A program made the position numbers and the translations under genes. Positions 9,341 to 18,382 of a DNA stretch of 64,000 nt are shown here, piece by piece; within the stretch, counting starts at the first letter, position 1, and every line of letters begins with the position of its first letter. The DNA lies in the NCBI GenBank assembly GCA_905480215.1, contig CAJQPL010000002.1, positions 31,308 to 95,307 of the forward strand, written 5' to 3'. The stretch is from an uncultured Woeseiaceae bacterium (GTDB lineage: Bacteria; Pseudomonadota; Gammaproteobacteria; Steroidobacterales; Woeseiaceae). Below the pieces are notes generated by a model that was not told where the DNA came from, searched no databases, and saw only the letters and a program-made list of their open reading frames with translations.

Positions 9341-11515
9341 TTACCCGCCTCTGATCTCTGCCTTTTTGTCACGACGATATTGATGCAACAGCGGCTCGGT
9401 ATAGCCGCTGGGTTGCTCAATCCCCTTAAACACTAGCGCACATGCGGCCTGGAAAGCGATGCTGGCTTCAAAATTATCGCTCATTCGCGAATAGTAAGGA
9501 TCGCCGCTGTTCTGCTCGTCAACTATCTTCGCCATACGCTTGAAGGTATCTGTAACTTGCTGTTCTGTGGCCACACCATGTAGCAGCCAATTGGCAATAT
9601 GCTGACTGGAAATTCTGAGCGTCGCCCGGTCTTCCATCAAACCGACATCATCGATATCCGGCACCTTCGAACAGCCAACGCCCTGATCGATCCAACGCAC
9701 CACATAACCGAGAATGCCCTGCGCATTGTTATCCAGATCACTTTGGATTGTCGTCGCGGACAAGCTCTCTGCAGTCGTCAGCGGCGGCGTCAGGATATCG
9801 TCGATGCTCGCCAGTTTACGTTTCGCCAGCTTCTTCTGCGTCTGGCGGACATCGACCGCGTGATAATGCATCGCGTGTAATGTGGCAGCGGTCGGTGACG
9901 GTACCCAGGCGCAATTGGCACCCGCCTCCGGATGCGCTTGCTTGCTAGCCATCATCTGTTGCATCTCATCCGGCTTTGGCCACATGCCTTTGCCGATTTG
10001 CGCCCTACCTGGCAATCCGCAACGAATACCAACATCAACGTTCCAGTTTTCGTAAGCCGCAATCCACGGCTGTTGCTTGATCTCTTCTTTCGGCAATACT
10101 GGCCCCGCCTGCATACTCGTATGAATTTCATCGCCGGTCCGATCCAGGAAGCCTGTATTGATGAACACCACGCGATTTCTGGCGGCGCCAATACACGCCG
10201 GCAGATTCACCGTCGTACGACGCTCCTCATCCATGATGCCGACCTTAATCGTGTTGGGCTGCAAGTCGAACAACTGTTCTACCCGGCCGAATAAAGTATC
10301 CGTGAAAGCAACCTCATGTGGACCGTGCATTTTTGGCTTAACAATGTAGATGCTACCGGTACGGCTATTCGGCTGTAGCCCATCGCGCAGTCGGTCCGTC
10401 ATTGCACAGGCCGTTGTCACAATCGCATCAAGAATGCCCTCGAATACTTCGTTACCGTCAGAGTCCAGAATGGCATCGGTAGCCATGAGGTGACCCACAT
10501 TTCGCACCAGCAGCAGGCTGCGACCAGAAAGAATGAGGTCTTTGCCATCAAGGTCGGTGTACACGCGGTCTCGTGCCAGCGTCCGGGTTGACGGCTTGCC
10601 ACCTTTGGAAAACACCGCTTCGAGATTACCCTGCATCAGGCCAAGCCAATTTCGATAGACCTCGACTTTGTCTTCTGCGTCCACCGCCGCAACCGAATCT
10701 TCACAATCCTGAATAGTCGAAACCGCAGATTCCAGAACCACATCCGCAACGTTTGCCGTCGCATCCTTACCGATCGGGTGGTCAGGATTGATGACTACTT
10801 CTATGTGCAGAGAATGGTTCCGAAACAGGAAGCGAGATTCTTCTTCGGTCTCAGCATGTCCCCGGAACTGCGTCGCGTCTTCCAGCCCACAAGTTTCGCC
10901 ATTGGCGAGCGAGGCGACAAAGCGCAGTCCTTCCTCAGCGTGATCAAGACCGTAGGCATTCACATCGGCATGACTCGTGCCGGCAAGCGGCAAGGCGCCA
11001 TCCAGAAAGGCGCTTGCGCGCTGAATGACCGCAGCACCGCGTGCCGGGTTGTAGCCGTCGCCATGTTCCTGCCCGCCACTATCGGCGATGACGTCAGTGC
11101 CATATAGAGCGTCATAGAGACTGCCCCAGCGGGCATTCGCCGCATTGATTGCGAATCTTGAGTTACTCACCGGAACGACCAGTTGCGGCCCGGCGACCGT
11201 CGCGATTTCGGCATCTACATTGTCTGTTTCAATCTGTGGGAAGTCGTCGCTGATCTGTAGATAGCCAATCTGAATCAGGAACTCGACATACTCCGCATGC
11301 TGCCAATCAGTTCCTCGCTTCGACACATGCCATGCATCGATTTTTGCCTGCAAATCGTCGCGAATTTGCAGTAGCTCACGGTTGACCGGCGTGAGGTCGT
11401 CAATAATTGTCGCGACCCCCTCCCAAAACTCGTCTGCATCGAAGCCGATAGCCGGTAACAGTTCTGACTCAACAAAATCCGCAAAAACCGGAGCAATGTT
11501 CAATTTTCTTGCCAT
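9341..11515 (-). CDS. glcB: Malate synthase G
   Basis: 724 aa, collinear with E. coli GlcB: '[32 protein letters not shown]', '[14 protein letters not shown]', '[13 protein letters not shown]', '[13 protein letters not shown]', '[18 protein letters not shown]'. Confidence 0.97.
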   Translation of the reverse strand: MARKLNIAPVFADFVESELLPAIGFDADEFWEGVATIIDDLTPVNRELLQIRDDLQAKIDAWHVSKRGTDWQHAEYVEFLIQIGYLQISDDFPQIETDNVDAEIATVAGPQLVVPVSNSRFAINAANARWGSLYDALYGTDVIADSGGQEHGDGYNPARGAAVIQRASAFLDGALPLAGTSHADVNAYGLDHAEEGLRFVASLANGETCGLEDATQFRGHAETEEESRFLFRNHSLHIEVVINPDHPIGKDATANVADVVLESAVSTIQDCEDSVAAVDAEDKVEVYRNWLGLMQGNLEAVFSKGGKPSTRTLARDRVYTDLDGKDLILSGRSLLLVRNVGHLMATDAILDSDGNEVFEGILDAIVTTACAMTDRLRDGLQPNSRTGSIYIVKPKMHGPHEVAFTDTLFGRVEQLFDLQPNTIKVGIMDEERRTTVNLPACIGAARNRVVFINTGFLDRTGDEIHTSMQAGPVLPKEEIKQQPWIAAYENWNVDVGIRCGLPGRAQIGKGMWPKPDEMQQMMASKQAHPEAGANCAWVPSPTAATLHAMHYHAVDVRQTQKKLAKRKLASIDDILTPPLTTAESLSATTIQSDLDNNAQGILGYVVRWIDQGVGCSKVPDIDDVGLMEDRATLRISSQHIANWLLHGVATEQQVTDTFKRMAKIVDEQNSGDPYYSRMSDNFEASIAFQAACALVFKGIEQPSGYTEPLLHQYRRDKKAEIRGG

Positions 11516-11602
11516 CTATGAAAAACCACCTGAAGTGCAATGTCGCGAAAGTGCGGGCTACTTCGACTAGAATATACGAACACAAGCTTCAGGTGCGAAA
11601 CG

Positions 11603-12466
11603 ATGTCACAAACAAAAGTAAGAGCGTTCTTCGACGAAGCAACAAATACTGCCTCCTACGTCGTATCCGACCCCAGTACCCGCCGCGCGGCCATAATTGA
11701 TCCTGTTCTCGACTTTAAGCCGGCGTCGGCGCGCACGGCGACCTTGTCTGCCGAGCTCATTATTGACTACGTTAAAGAGCATGAACTGGGGGTCGACTGG
11801 ATTCTGGAAACGCATGTCCACGCCGATCACCTGAGCAGCTCGCAGTATCTTCAGGACAACCTGGGGGGCCAGATTGCGATCGGATCCGGTGTCAGATCAG
11901 TTCAGGATGCATTTCGAAATATCTTTGAATTGGGTGAATTAGATGCGGCTTGCGGGCAATTCGATGTGCTCTTCAATGACAACGACGCATTTCAGATTGG
12001 TAGTATTGCGGCGCGAGTACTGGCAACACCGGGCCACACGCCAGCGTGTGTCACCTACCTTATCGGCGATGCAGCGTTCGTCGGCGATACCTTGTTCATG
12101 CCGGATTTCGGTACCGCGAGAACTGACTTTCCGGGCGGCAGTGCCATCGAACTGTACGCGTCAATCCAAAAAATTCTTGAGCTTCCAGAGGCCACTCGAC
12201 TCTTCATGTGTCACGACTACAAAGCCCCGGGACGGGAAGAGTTTGCGTGGGAAACCAGCGTCTTGCAGCAGCGCGAGAAAAATATTCATATCAATACTTC
12301 TGTCAGCAGCGCTGCATTTGTCGAAATGCGCGAGGGACGTGACCGCCAGTTAGGTATGCCCGCATTAATAATTCCCGCGCTGCAGGTAAATCTTCGTGCC
12401 GGTCGCCTGCCCGAAGCGCATGAGAATGGAATTCAATACTTGAATATTCCTGTAGACGTGCTGTGA
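11603..12466 (+). CDS. MBL-fold metallo-hydrolase (glyoxalase II / persulfide dioxygenase-like)
   Basis: 'ETHVHADHLSS' metal motif and 'TPGHTPACVTY'. Started at ATG 11603 (MSQTKVRAFFD). The ORF-track start at 11540 adds 21 atypical residues. Confidence 0.8.
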   Translation: MSQTKVRAFFDEATNTASYVVSDPSTRRAAIIDPVLDFKPASARTATLSAELIIDYVKEHELGVDWILETHVHADHLSSSQYLQDNLGGQIAIGSGVRSVQDAFRNIFELGELDAACGQFDVLFNDNDAFQIGSIAARVLATPGHTPACVTYLIGDAAFVGDTLFMPDFGTARTDFPGGSAIELYASIQKILELPEATRLFMCHDYKAPGREEFAWETSVLQQREKNIHINTSVSSAAFVEMREGRDRQLGMPALIIPALQVNLRAGRLPEAHENGIQYLNIPVDVL

Positions 12467-12476
12467 CGATTCGTCA

Positions 12477-13316
12477 TTAATCAAGCAACGATCGTCTGAG
12501 TTTCCGCATGCCGCCGACCCAGCGATCATAGTCTCCGCTTTTGCGTTGCATATAGGTTGCCACCTGCGGATGAGTCAGAATCATGAAACGTCCAGCGAGC
12601 GCCTGATCGATCACAATGTCAGCGACATCTTCTGCTTGCATAATGCCATCAACATCATTGCCCTTGAAGCCACCTTCAGTAGCATTCGAGTCATCTCCCA
12701 TGCCGATCATTCGAGTCGCTACCGCTTGCGGACAAACCACTGACACTTGAATCCCTCTGTCGCCATAGTCGATTGCGAGTGACTCGGCAAAGCCGACGGA
12801 TGCATGTTTACTCGCCGAGTACGCGGAATCGCCGATCTGGCTCAAAAGGCCAGCGGCTGATGCTGTATTGATAATGTAGCCAGCACCACGCTCGAGCATT
12901 CCAGGGATTACGGCTCTTGCCGCATACACCTGTGCCATCACATTGACGTTCCAGCACGCACTCCAGCGGTCGTCTATCGGGTTCATACCGCCGTCAGCGG
13001 ATACTGCACCGCTTTCGCCATCACCGAAGCCAACGCCGGCGTTGGATACGAACATATCGATCGGGCCAACACTCGCCTCGACATCTTTCACCATTGCGAT
13101 CAAAGCGGCTTCATCACTGACATCGAGCTGATGAGCGCTACCTTCGATTTCAGCTGCGACCTTGCTCGCCGCTGCGCCGTCAAGATCCGCGACAACGACA
13201 GTAATGCCATCACGCGCCAGTCGACGGCAAAGCGCACGGCCAATGCCATGACCGCCGCCGGTCACAACTGCGACTTTAGCTTTCAATCCTGACCCCGTCA
13301 TATTTGACCCTGTCAT
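12477..13316 (-). CDS. SDR family oxidoreductase
   Basis: 'VVTGGGHGIGRA' Rossmann motif and 'YSASKHA' catalytic YxxxK. Started at ATG 13316, 1 nt after the upstream gene's stop. The extension to 13427 would overlap that gene by 110 nt. Confidence 0.85.
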   Translation of the reverse strand: MTGSNMTGSGLKAKVAVVTGGGHGIGRALCRRLARDGITVVVADLDGAAASKVAAEIEGSAHQLDVSDEAALIAMVKDVEASVGPIDMFVSNAGVGFGDGESGAVSADGGMNPIDDRWSACWNVNVMAQVYAARAVIPGMLERGAGYIINTASAAGLLSQIGDSAYSASKHASVGFAESLAIDYGDRGIQVSVVCPQAVATRMIGMGDDSNATEGGFKGNDVDGIMQAEDVADIVIDQALAGRFMILTHPQVATYMQRKSGDYDRWVGGMRKLRRSLLD

Positions 13317-13317
13317 A

Positions 13318-14598
13318 TCAAATTCGATCTCTAATGGTGTAGTAGAGCATCCCCAAAACCATGCCTGGATAGCGTAACAAAGTACCACCAGGAAACGTGT
13401 GAGTAGGCAACTCGGCAAGCACATCAAACTTACTCGCGGTCCCGGTCACCGCTTCTGCGATTACATTGCCCGCGAAAGTCGCAGTCGCAATTCCGTGGCC
13501 GGAATAACCCTGGCCGAAAAATACATTGGGTTCGAGCCGGCCTATGTGCGGCAGACGATTTACGGTAACGGCTAAGGTACCTCCCCAGGCGTAGTCGATC
13601 GCGACGTCATTGAGCTGCGGAAATAACTTCAACATGTAGGGCCGGACAAAGCGGGCAATATCACGCGGAAATCCGGCACGATAGTTTTCGCCGCCGCCAA
13701 ACAACAAACGGTAGTCTTCAGTCAAACGGAAATAGTCAACGACGAATCGCGTATCGTGAATACCATAACGCCCATCGATCAGCTGTCGCGCGCGGGATTC
13801 GCCGAGCGGTTCGGTCGCAATCATGAAATTATTGATCGGCATTATCTTGCTAGCAAGGCGCGGCTCGAGCTTGCCGAGGTAGCCATTGCATGCCAGAACA
13901 ACGAATGGCGTTTTAACTGATCCCTTGGCAGTGCTTACTGTTGCCGGATCAGATTGTGAATACTCAAGAACCCGGGAATTTTCGTAAATATGTACACCGC
14001 GCTCGGCCGCCGCACGAGCAAGACCCAAGGCAAAATTCAGCGGATGTATTGCCAGTGCTTCGGAATCGTAGAGCCCCTCAAGAAAGTCATCCGTGCTGAC
14101 GCGCGCGCGCGTTTCTTCTTTCGTCAGCGCCGTGCAGAACGGATAGTCGTAGCGCTCGGCAAGCACATCCGCTACTTCCCTCGCGTGCCCGAGATAAGCC
14201 TTCTTATGAATGCCCAGTAGTTCGCCACGCTGCAAGTCGCAGGGAATCTCATGTTTTGCAACGCGATCACGGATTTCCTGCTTCGCCAGTTCCGCAAAAT
14301 CCCACAATACTCTTGAACGTTCGAGACCGAACATTTTCTCGGCATCGGTGACGTCTATACGCTGCCCGCTCCCGATCAGGCCACCGCATCGACCTGACGC
14401 GCCGAAACCGATCCGCTCTGCTTCCAGCAGCACTACATCGAGCCCACGCTCTGCCAGATTGAGCGCCGCAGAAAGCCCGGTGAATCCGCCGCCAACCACA
14501 CAAACATCTGCCGTACGCGCACCCTCCAGTATTGGGTAGTCACGCATTCCCACAGCAGTTGCCGCATAGTAACTCTCGGGATAGCCGCTGTTGCTCAA
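13318..14598 (-). CDS. puuB: FAD-dependent oxidoreductase, gamma-glutamylputrescine oxidase (PuuB/PauB)-like
   Basis: Collinear with remembered E. coli PuuB: 'SYYAATA', 'DVCVVGGGFTGLSAAL', 'EAERIGFGASGR', 'VDYFRLTEDYRLLFGGG', 'GQGYSGHGIA'. No puuA/C/D nearby, so the symbol is tentative. Confidence 0.75.
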   Translation of the reverse strand: MSNSGYPESYYAATAVGMRDYPILEGARTADVCVVGGGFTGLSAALNLAERGLDVVLLEAERIGFGASGRCGGLIGSGQRIDVTDAEKMFGLERSRVLWDFAELAKQEIRDRVAKHEIPCDLQRGELLGIHKKAYLGHAREVADVLAERYDYPFCTALTKEETRARVSTDDFLEGLYDSEALAIHPLNFALGLARAAAERGVHIYENSRVLEYSQSDPATVSTAKGSVKTPFVVLACNGYLGKLEPRLASKIMPINNFMIATEPLGESRARQLIDGRYGIHDTRFVVDYFRLTEDYRLLFGGGENYRAGFPRDIARFVRPYMLKLFPQLNDVAIDYAWGGTLAVTVNRLPHIGRLEPNVFFGQGYSGHGIATATFAGNVIAEAVTGTASKFDVLAELPTHTFPGGTLLRYPGMVLGMLYYTIRDRI

Positions 14599-15953
14599 AT
14601 CGATACCTGCGGCCGGATCGGGCTACCGTCAAAAAAACGGCTGAGTCGAAACGCCGCGATATCGATGCCGGAGTCATTGCCCGTGAGCATCCCGGCGATA
14701 GCCTTACCAGCGCCAGGGCCAATACCAAAGCCGTGGCCGCTGAATCCGGTCGCAATATGAAATCCTTGCAACGCTTCAATGTGATCAATCATTGGCACCA
14801 CATCGGGCGACGATTCAATCATCCCCGCCCAGCTTTCCACGATCGGTGTATTCGCGAGCGTCGGGAACATCTGGTCGAGATTCTTTCTAATACCTTTGAG
14901 CACAGATGCTGTGGGCTTCGGGTTCAGGACGCGCGTCGCCTCGAAAGGCGATGGCGCGTCCAGCGGCCACGTTACGGGAGTCCTCCACTCGTCCAGAAAA
15001 TCTCGGCCAAGATCCAACCTCACAAGCTTGAATTCCTGTTTCAATGCCGGCAAGAATTTGCGGAAATAACGAAATGAAGCAGGCGTAATCGGATGCTCCA
15101 GCACCGACCCGTGTGCAACGGTATAGCCGCCATCCTCGCGCCGGCGAATACCAAGGCGATGGTCGAACAGGTTGCCACTAAGAATCTCTTCTGCCGGAGC
15201 TGTGCGCGCAACCGTGCCGCGCACCCGCAGCTGCGGTACATCGATGCCCAGAGAACGACAAAACATCGACGTCCAAGCGCCAGCGGCACAGAGCACCGTG
15301 GAGCATTGGATAACGCCGTGCTCTGTGATGACGGCTGACACACTGCCCGCAGAGGTTTCGATACCGCGCACGGCGCATCCGCCAAGCACTTTTGCCCCAC
15401 TGCGTTGTGCAGCCCTGGCGATCGCCGCTGCCGCCTTATGCGGTTCTGCGCGGCCATCGCTGGCTGTAACCATCGCCCCGGCCCAGTTCGGAGTTACGCC
15501 TTTGACGTACTGCCTGAGCTGCACGCCATCAATTACCCGGGTATCAATTCCATAGTCTTGCGCCGTCTTAACCCAGGGCTCGAATGCAGCCAGTTCTTTG
15601 CTCGAGTTAGCCGCAAAAAAACAACCGCCACGAGTGAAGCCCACGTCCTCACCAATCTCTTGCCCGAGACTCTCCCAGATTCGCAAGCTCTCCAGCATCA
15701 TCGGAATCTCACGCGCGTCACGCCCCTGAACCCGCACCCAACCCCAATTTCTGCCCGATTGCTCGCCAGCAATATGACCTTTTTCGCAGAGCACAACATC
15801 AACGCCTTGTTTGGCCAGAAACCACGCGGTCGACACGCCGACAATGCCACCGCCGATAATGACGACCTCCGCCCTGTCCGGCACAGAGCGAACCTGAGTA
15901 AGTGGCTTCGTCCAGGTATTGCTGACGGTATTTTCGAGGCCTTGTCGGAGCAT
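14595..15953 (-). CDS. FAD-dependent oxidoreductase (DAO family)
   Basis: 'VVIIGGGIVGVSTAWFLAKQG' dinucleotide fold and 'ATGFSGHGFGIGPGAG'. ATGA overlap with the next gene. Confidence 0.8.
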   Translation of the reverse strand: MLRQGLENTVSNTWTKPLTQVRSVPDRAEVVIIGGGIVGVSTAWFLAKQGVDVVLCEKGHIAGEQSGRNWGWVRVQGRDAREIPMMLESLRIWESLGQEIGEDVGFTRGGCFFAANSSKELAAFEPWVKTAQDYGIDTRVIDGVQLRQYVKGVTPNWAGAMVTASDGRAEPHKAAAAIARAAQRSGAKVLGGCAVRGIETSAGSVSAVITEHGVIQCSTVLCAAGAWTSMFCRSLGIDVPQLRVRGTVARTAPAEEILSGNLFDHRLGIRRREDGGYTVAHGSVLEHPITPASFRYFRKFLPALKQEFKLVRLDLGRDFLDEWRTPVTWPLDAPSPFEATRVLNPKPTASVLKGIRKNLDQMFPTLANTPIVESWAGMIESSPDVVPMIDHIEALQGFHIATGFSGHGFGIGPGAGKAIAGMLTGNDSGIDIAAFRLSRFFDGSPIRPQVSI

Positions 15954-16004
15954 CTCGCTATGGTACAGTTCGCGGCGATCGAATTGATAAGAAAATGAAG
16001 TTAA

Positions 16005-16577
16005 ATGGATATAGGCAAACCGCTCCGCGAACTCGGCGAATTTGATTCAAGTGCATTGCGCGAAGCGATCCTGAATCAGGACGCGGCTGCGTGGGACGAA
16101 GATCAGTATCGGCAGGACAAGTACGAGGTTCACCGTCAGACTCGCTCGATCGTGCTGGTTTTCACCGACGGAGAAAATTGGCCCAATAGTGACGTCAAGA
16201 AAGAGCCGGGTTGGGATCGACTGGCAGATATTGCTGTTCCCTTAATGCACGATATTATCGATAAGCATTATCCAAAAGGCGGCACTATTATACGAGCGAT
16301 GGCGGCGAAACTGCTTGCGGGTGGGCGTATCGATCCGCACCACGACCAGCACCCATCGTTCCATTGCGGCCACCGTATTCATATTCCAATAACGACCAAC
16401 CCCCGCGTTCGATTCATGATTGATGGTCGCCCGTATCAGTTTAAGGTGGGTGAAGTGTATGAGCTCAATAATCAGTTGCAGCACAGCGTCATGAACAAGG
16501 GCAGTGAAGACAGAATTACGTTTATTTTTGACTATCTGCCGCCCGGACCGTTGGCGATGTCCGGCCCCGCCAAGTAG
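16005..16577 (+). CDS. Aspartyl/asparaginyl beta-hydroxylase-like 2OG/Fe(II) dioxygenase domain protein
   Basis: 'GGRIDPHHDQH', 'HRIHIPITTNPRVRFMIDG', 'ELNNQLQHSVMNKG', 'RITFIFDY'. This is the pattern of the Asp/Asn hydroxylase cupin fold. Confidence 0.65.
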   Translation: MDIGKPLRELGEFDSSALREAILNQDAAAWDEDQYRQDKYEVHRQTRSIVLVFTDGENWPNSDVKKEPGWDRLADIAVPLMHDIIDKHYPKGGTIIRAMAAKLLAGGRIDPHHDQHPSFHCGHRIHIPITTNPRVRFMIDGRPYQFKVGEVYELNNQLQHSVMNKGSEDRITFIFDYLPPGPLAMSGPAK

Positions 16578-16595
16578 CTTCGCAGGAAGCTCATA

Positions 16596-17501
16596 ATGTC
16601 CGCTCTCAGAGATGCACTGCGATCCGATGAGTTTGCTGTAACAGCAGAACTTTCATTAAGTCCGCAACAAACGATTAGTGAAATAATGGCAGCCGCTGCC
16701 AAGTTCCAGAACACAGTGGATGCTGTGCAAATTCCCGATCATCGCAACGCCAGGCCGCATATCTCACCAGTCGCCATCGCCGCTCATATGCTTACAGCGG
16801 GCCTGGACCCAATCGTGCGCATGAATTGTCGCGACCGAAACAGGATCGCGGTACAAAGCGAATTACTGGCCGCTCGATCGTTCGGCATCAGCAATCTGCT
16901 GCTGTCGCGAGGTACTGAATTACCAGATGATCACCGACCGCGAACCACGGGCGTCTATGATCTGACAGCAATTGACCTTGTACGCACGGCGGCGGCAATT
17001 CGAGACGGCGAGGCATTGACCGAAAAAGGCAATGAGGACGGTACTGATTTTTTCATCGGCACTGTTGCAACAGCGTTCAAACCCACGGATGACTGGGAGC
17101 CAGAGAAACTGTTAGCGAAAGCGGACGCTGGTGCGCAATTCATTCAGCTGCAGCTATGTATGGATACAGATTTGTTGGGCAGCTATGCCGCTCATCTGGT
17201 CAGCTCACGTTTAACCTGGCGATTTCAGGTATTGGCGAATATCGCCGTACTGCCATCTGTTGAAGAAGCGCGCGCATTGCGAAAATCGAATCCGGGGTCG
17301 AATATCCCCGCCGAACTCGTGCGGCGTATCGCAGATGCCAGGGATGCCGAAATGGAAGGTGTGAAAATTACCGCAGAAACAATTCAGGCACTACAAGATA
17401 TTCCAGGAATTGCCGGTGTGAACCTGCAGGCAACGGCAGACCCGGAGCTCTTGCTTGCCGCCATTGAGCAATCCGGAGTTAAAGTCCGTGGGTCAGAGTG
17501 A
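16596..17501 (+). CDS. Methylenetetrahydrofolate reductase (MetF/MTHFR) family protein
   Basis: Length and collinear resemblance to MetF ('LLSRGTELP' versus LRGD; 'KADAGAQFIQLQLCMD' versus KVDAGANRAITQFFFD). Divergent, so the substrate is uncertain. Confidence 0.55.
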   Translation: MSALRDALRSDEFAVTAELSLSPQQTISEIMAAAAKFQNTVDAVQIPDHRNARPHISPVAIAAHMLTAGLDPIVRMNCRDRNRIAVQSELLAARSFGISNLLLSRGTELPDDHRPRTTGVYDLTAIDLVRTAAAIRDGEALTEKGNEDGTDFFIGTVATAFKPTDDWEPEKLLAKADAGAQFIQLQLCMDTDLLGSYAAHLVSSRLTWRFQVLANIAVLPSVEEARALRKSNPGSNIPAELVRRIADARDAEMEGVKITAETIQALQDIPGIAGVNLQATADPELLLAAIEQSGVKVRGSE

Positions 17502-17504
17502 CTA

Positions 17505-18236
17505 ATGGATCAGATTGACTTAAGCATCAATCCGCACGCGACAATCGAGCTTAAAAGCATCGGCGATCACGATACCTGCGTAGTAGTCGACGACTTTCTC
17601 CTGCATCCGGAGTCGGTCATCGACTACGCTGTCGCGAATCCGGCGACTTTCGAAATACTGCAGCATAGTTATCCAGGCATGGTAGGCGATCTGCGCGGTC
17701 CCGTCTTAAATGACATTCACCGCTTCGTGAAATCGAAAATGGCGCGGCAGTTTTCTTTTCTTCGCGGTGGCATCGACTTCATGACACTACTATCGATAAC
17801 TACTTTTATGCCGCAGCAACTTTCCAATTTGCAGCGGCTCTGCCACTCCGACCCACGCACGCGGCCTGACAGGGCAAACTTTGCAGGTTTGTTGTACCTT
17901 TTCAGGGACGACGCATTGGGCGGCACGGCTTTCTATCGTTGGAAAGATCGGCCAACAATGGAAAAGGCGACTGCGTTGGAAATGGAAGACCCGGCAGCAG
18001 CGCTGGCTTTTCTCAAGGAGCGTTACGCCACGTTCCGTGACGAGCCCTGCTACATCACTGATTCAAATGACATTGCGGAGCTCATTGAAGTCATCCCGGC
18101 ACGATTCAACCGTTGGATTTTTTATTCTGGCGATATACCGCATAGCGCGTATATTACGAATCCAGAAAAACTCAGCGATGACTTCGAGCGCGGCAGACTG
18201 ACACTCAATCTTTTTGCGAGTGTCGTTCCCAATTAA
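17505..18236 (+). CDS. Hypothetical protein, possible 2OG/Fe(II)-oxygenase-like fold (HxD...H)
   Basis: 243-aa ORF, 3 nt after the previous stop. 'CHSDP' (HxD) followed by 'GLLYLF..ALGGTAFY' and a distal 'IPHSAY' suggests a facial triad. The family assignment is not certain. Confidence 0.45.
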   Translation: MDQIDLSINPHATIELKSIGDHDTCVVVDDFLLHPESVIDYAVANPATFEILQHSYPGMVGDLRGPVLNDIHRFVKSKMARQFSFLRGGIDFMTLLSITTFMPQQLSNLQRLCHSDPRTRPDRANFAGLLYLFRDDALGGTAFYRWKDRPTMEKATALEMEDPAAALAFLKERYATFRDEPCYITDSNDIAELIEVIPARFNRWIFYSGDIPHSAYITNPEKLSDDFERGRLTLNLFASVVPN

Positions 18237-18382
18237 GATCCTAAATTGAATAAGGCAGCAAAATTAGCAGCGTAAATCCGCAACAAGCCGCTTTCGACCA
18301 TGCACTTGCCACCTTACAGGGCGGCGATGCGGCGAAGACGATAGAGCTCTGTCGTGCGGCGGTCGCAGTCGATTCCGGCGAT

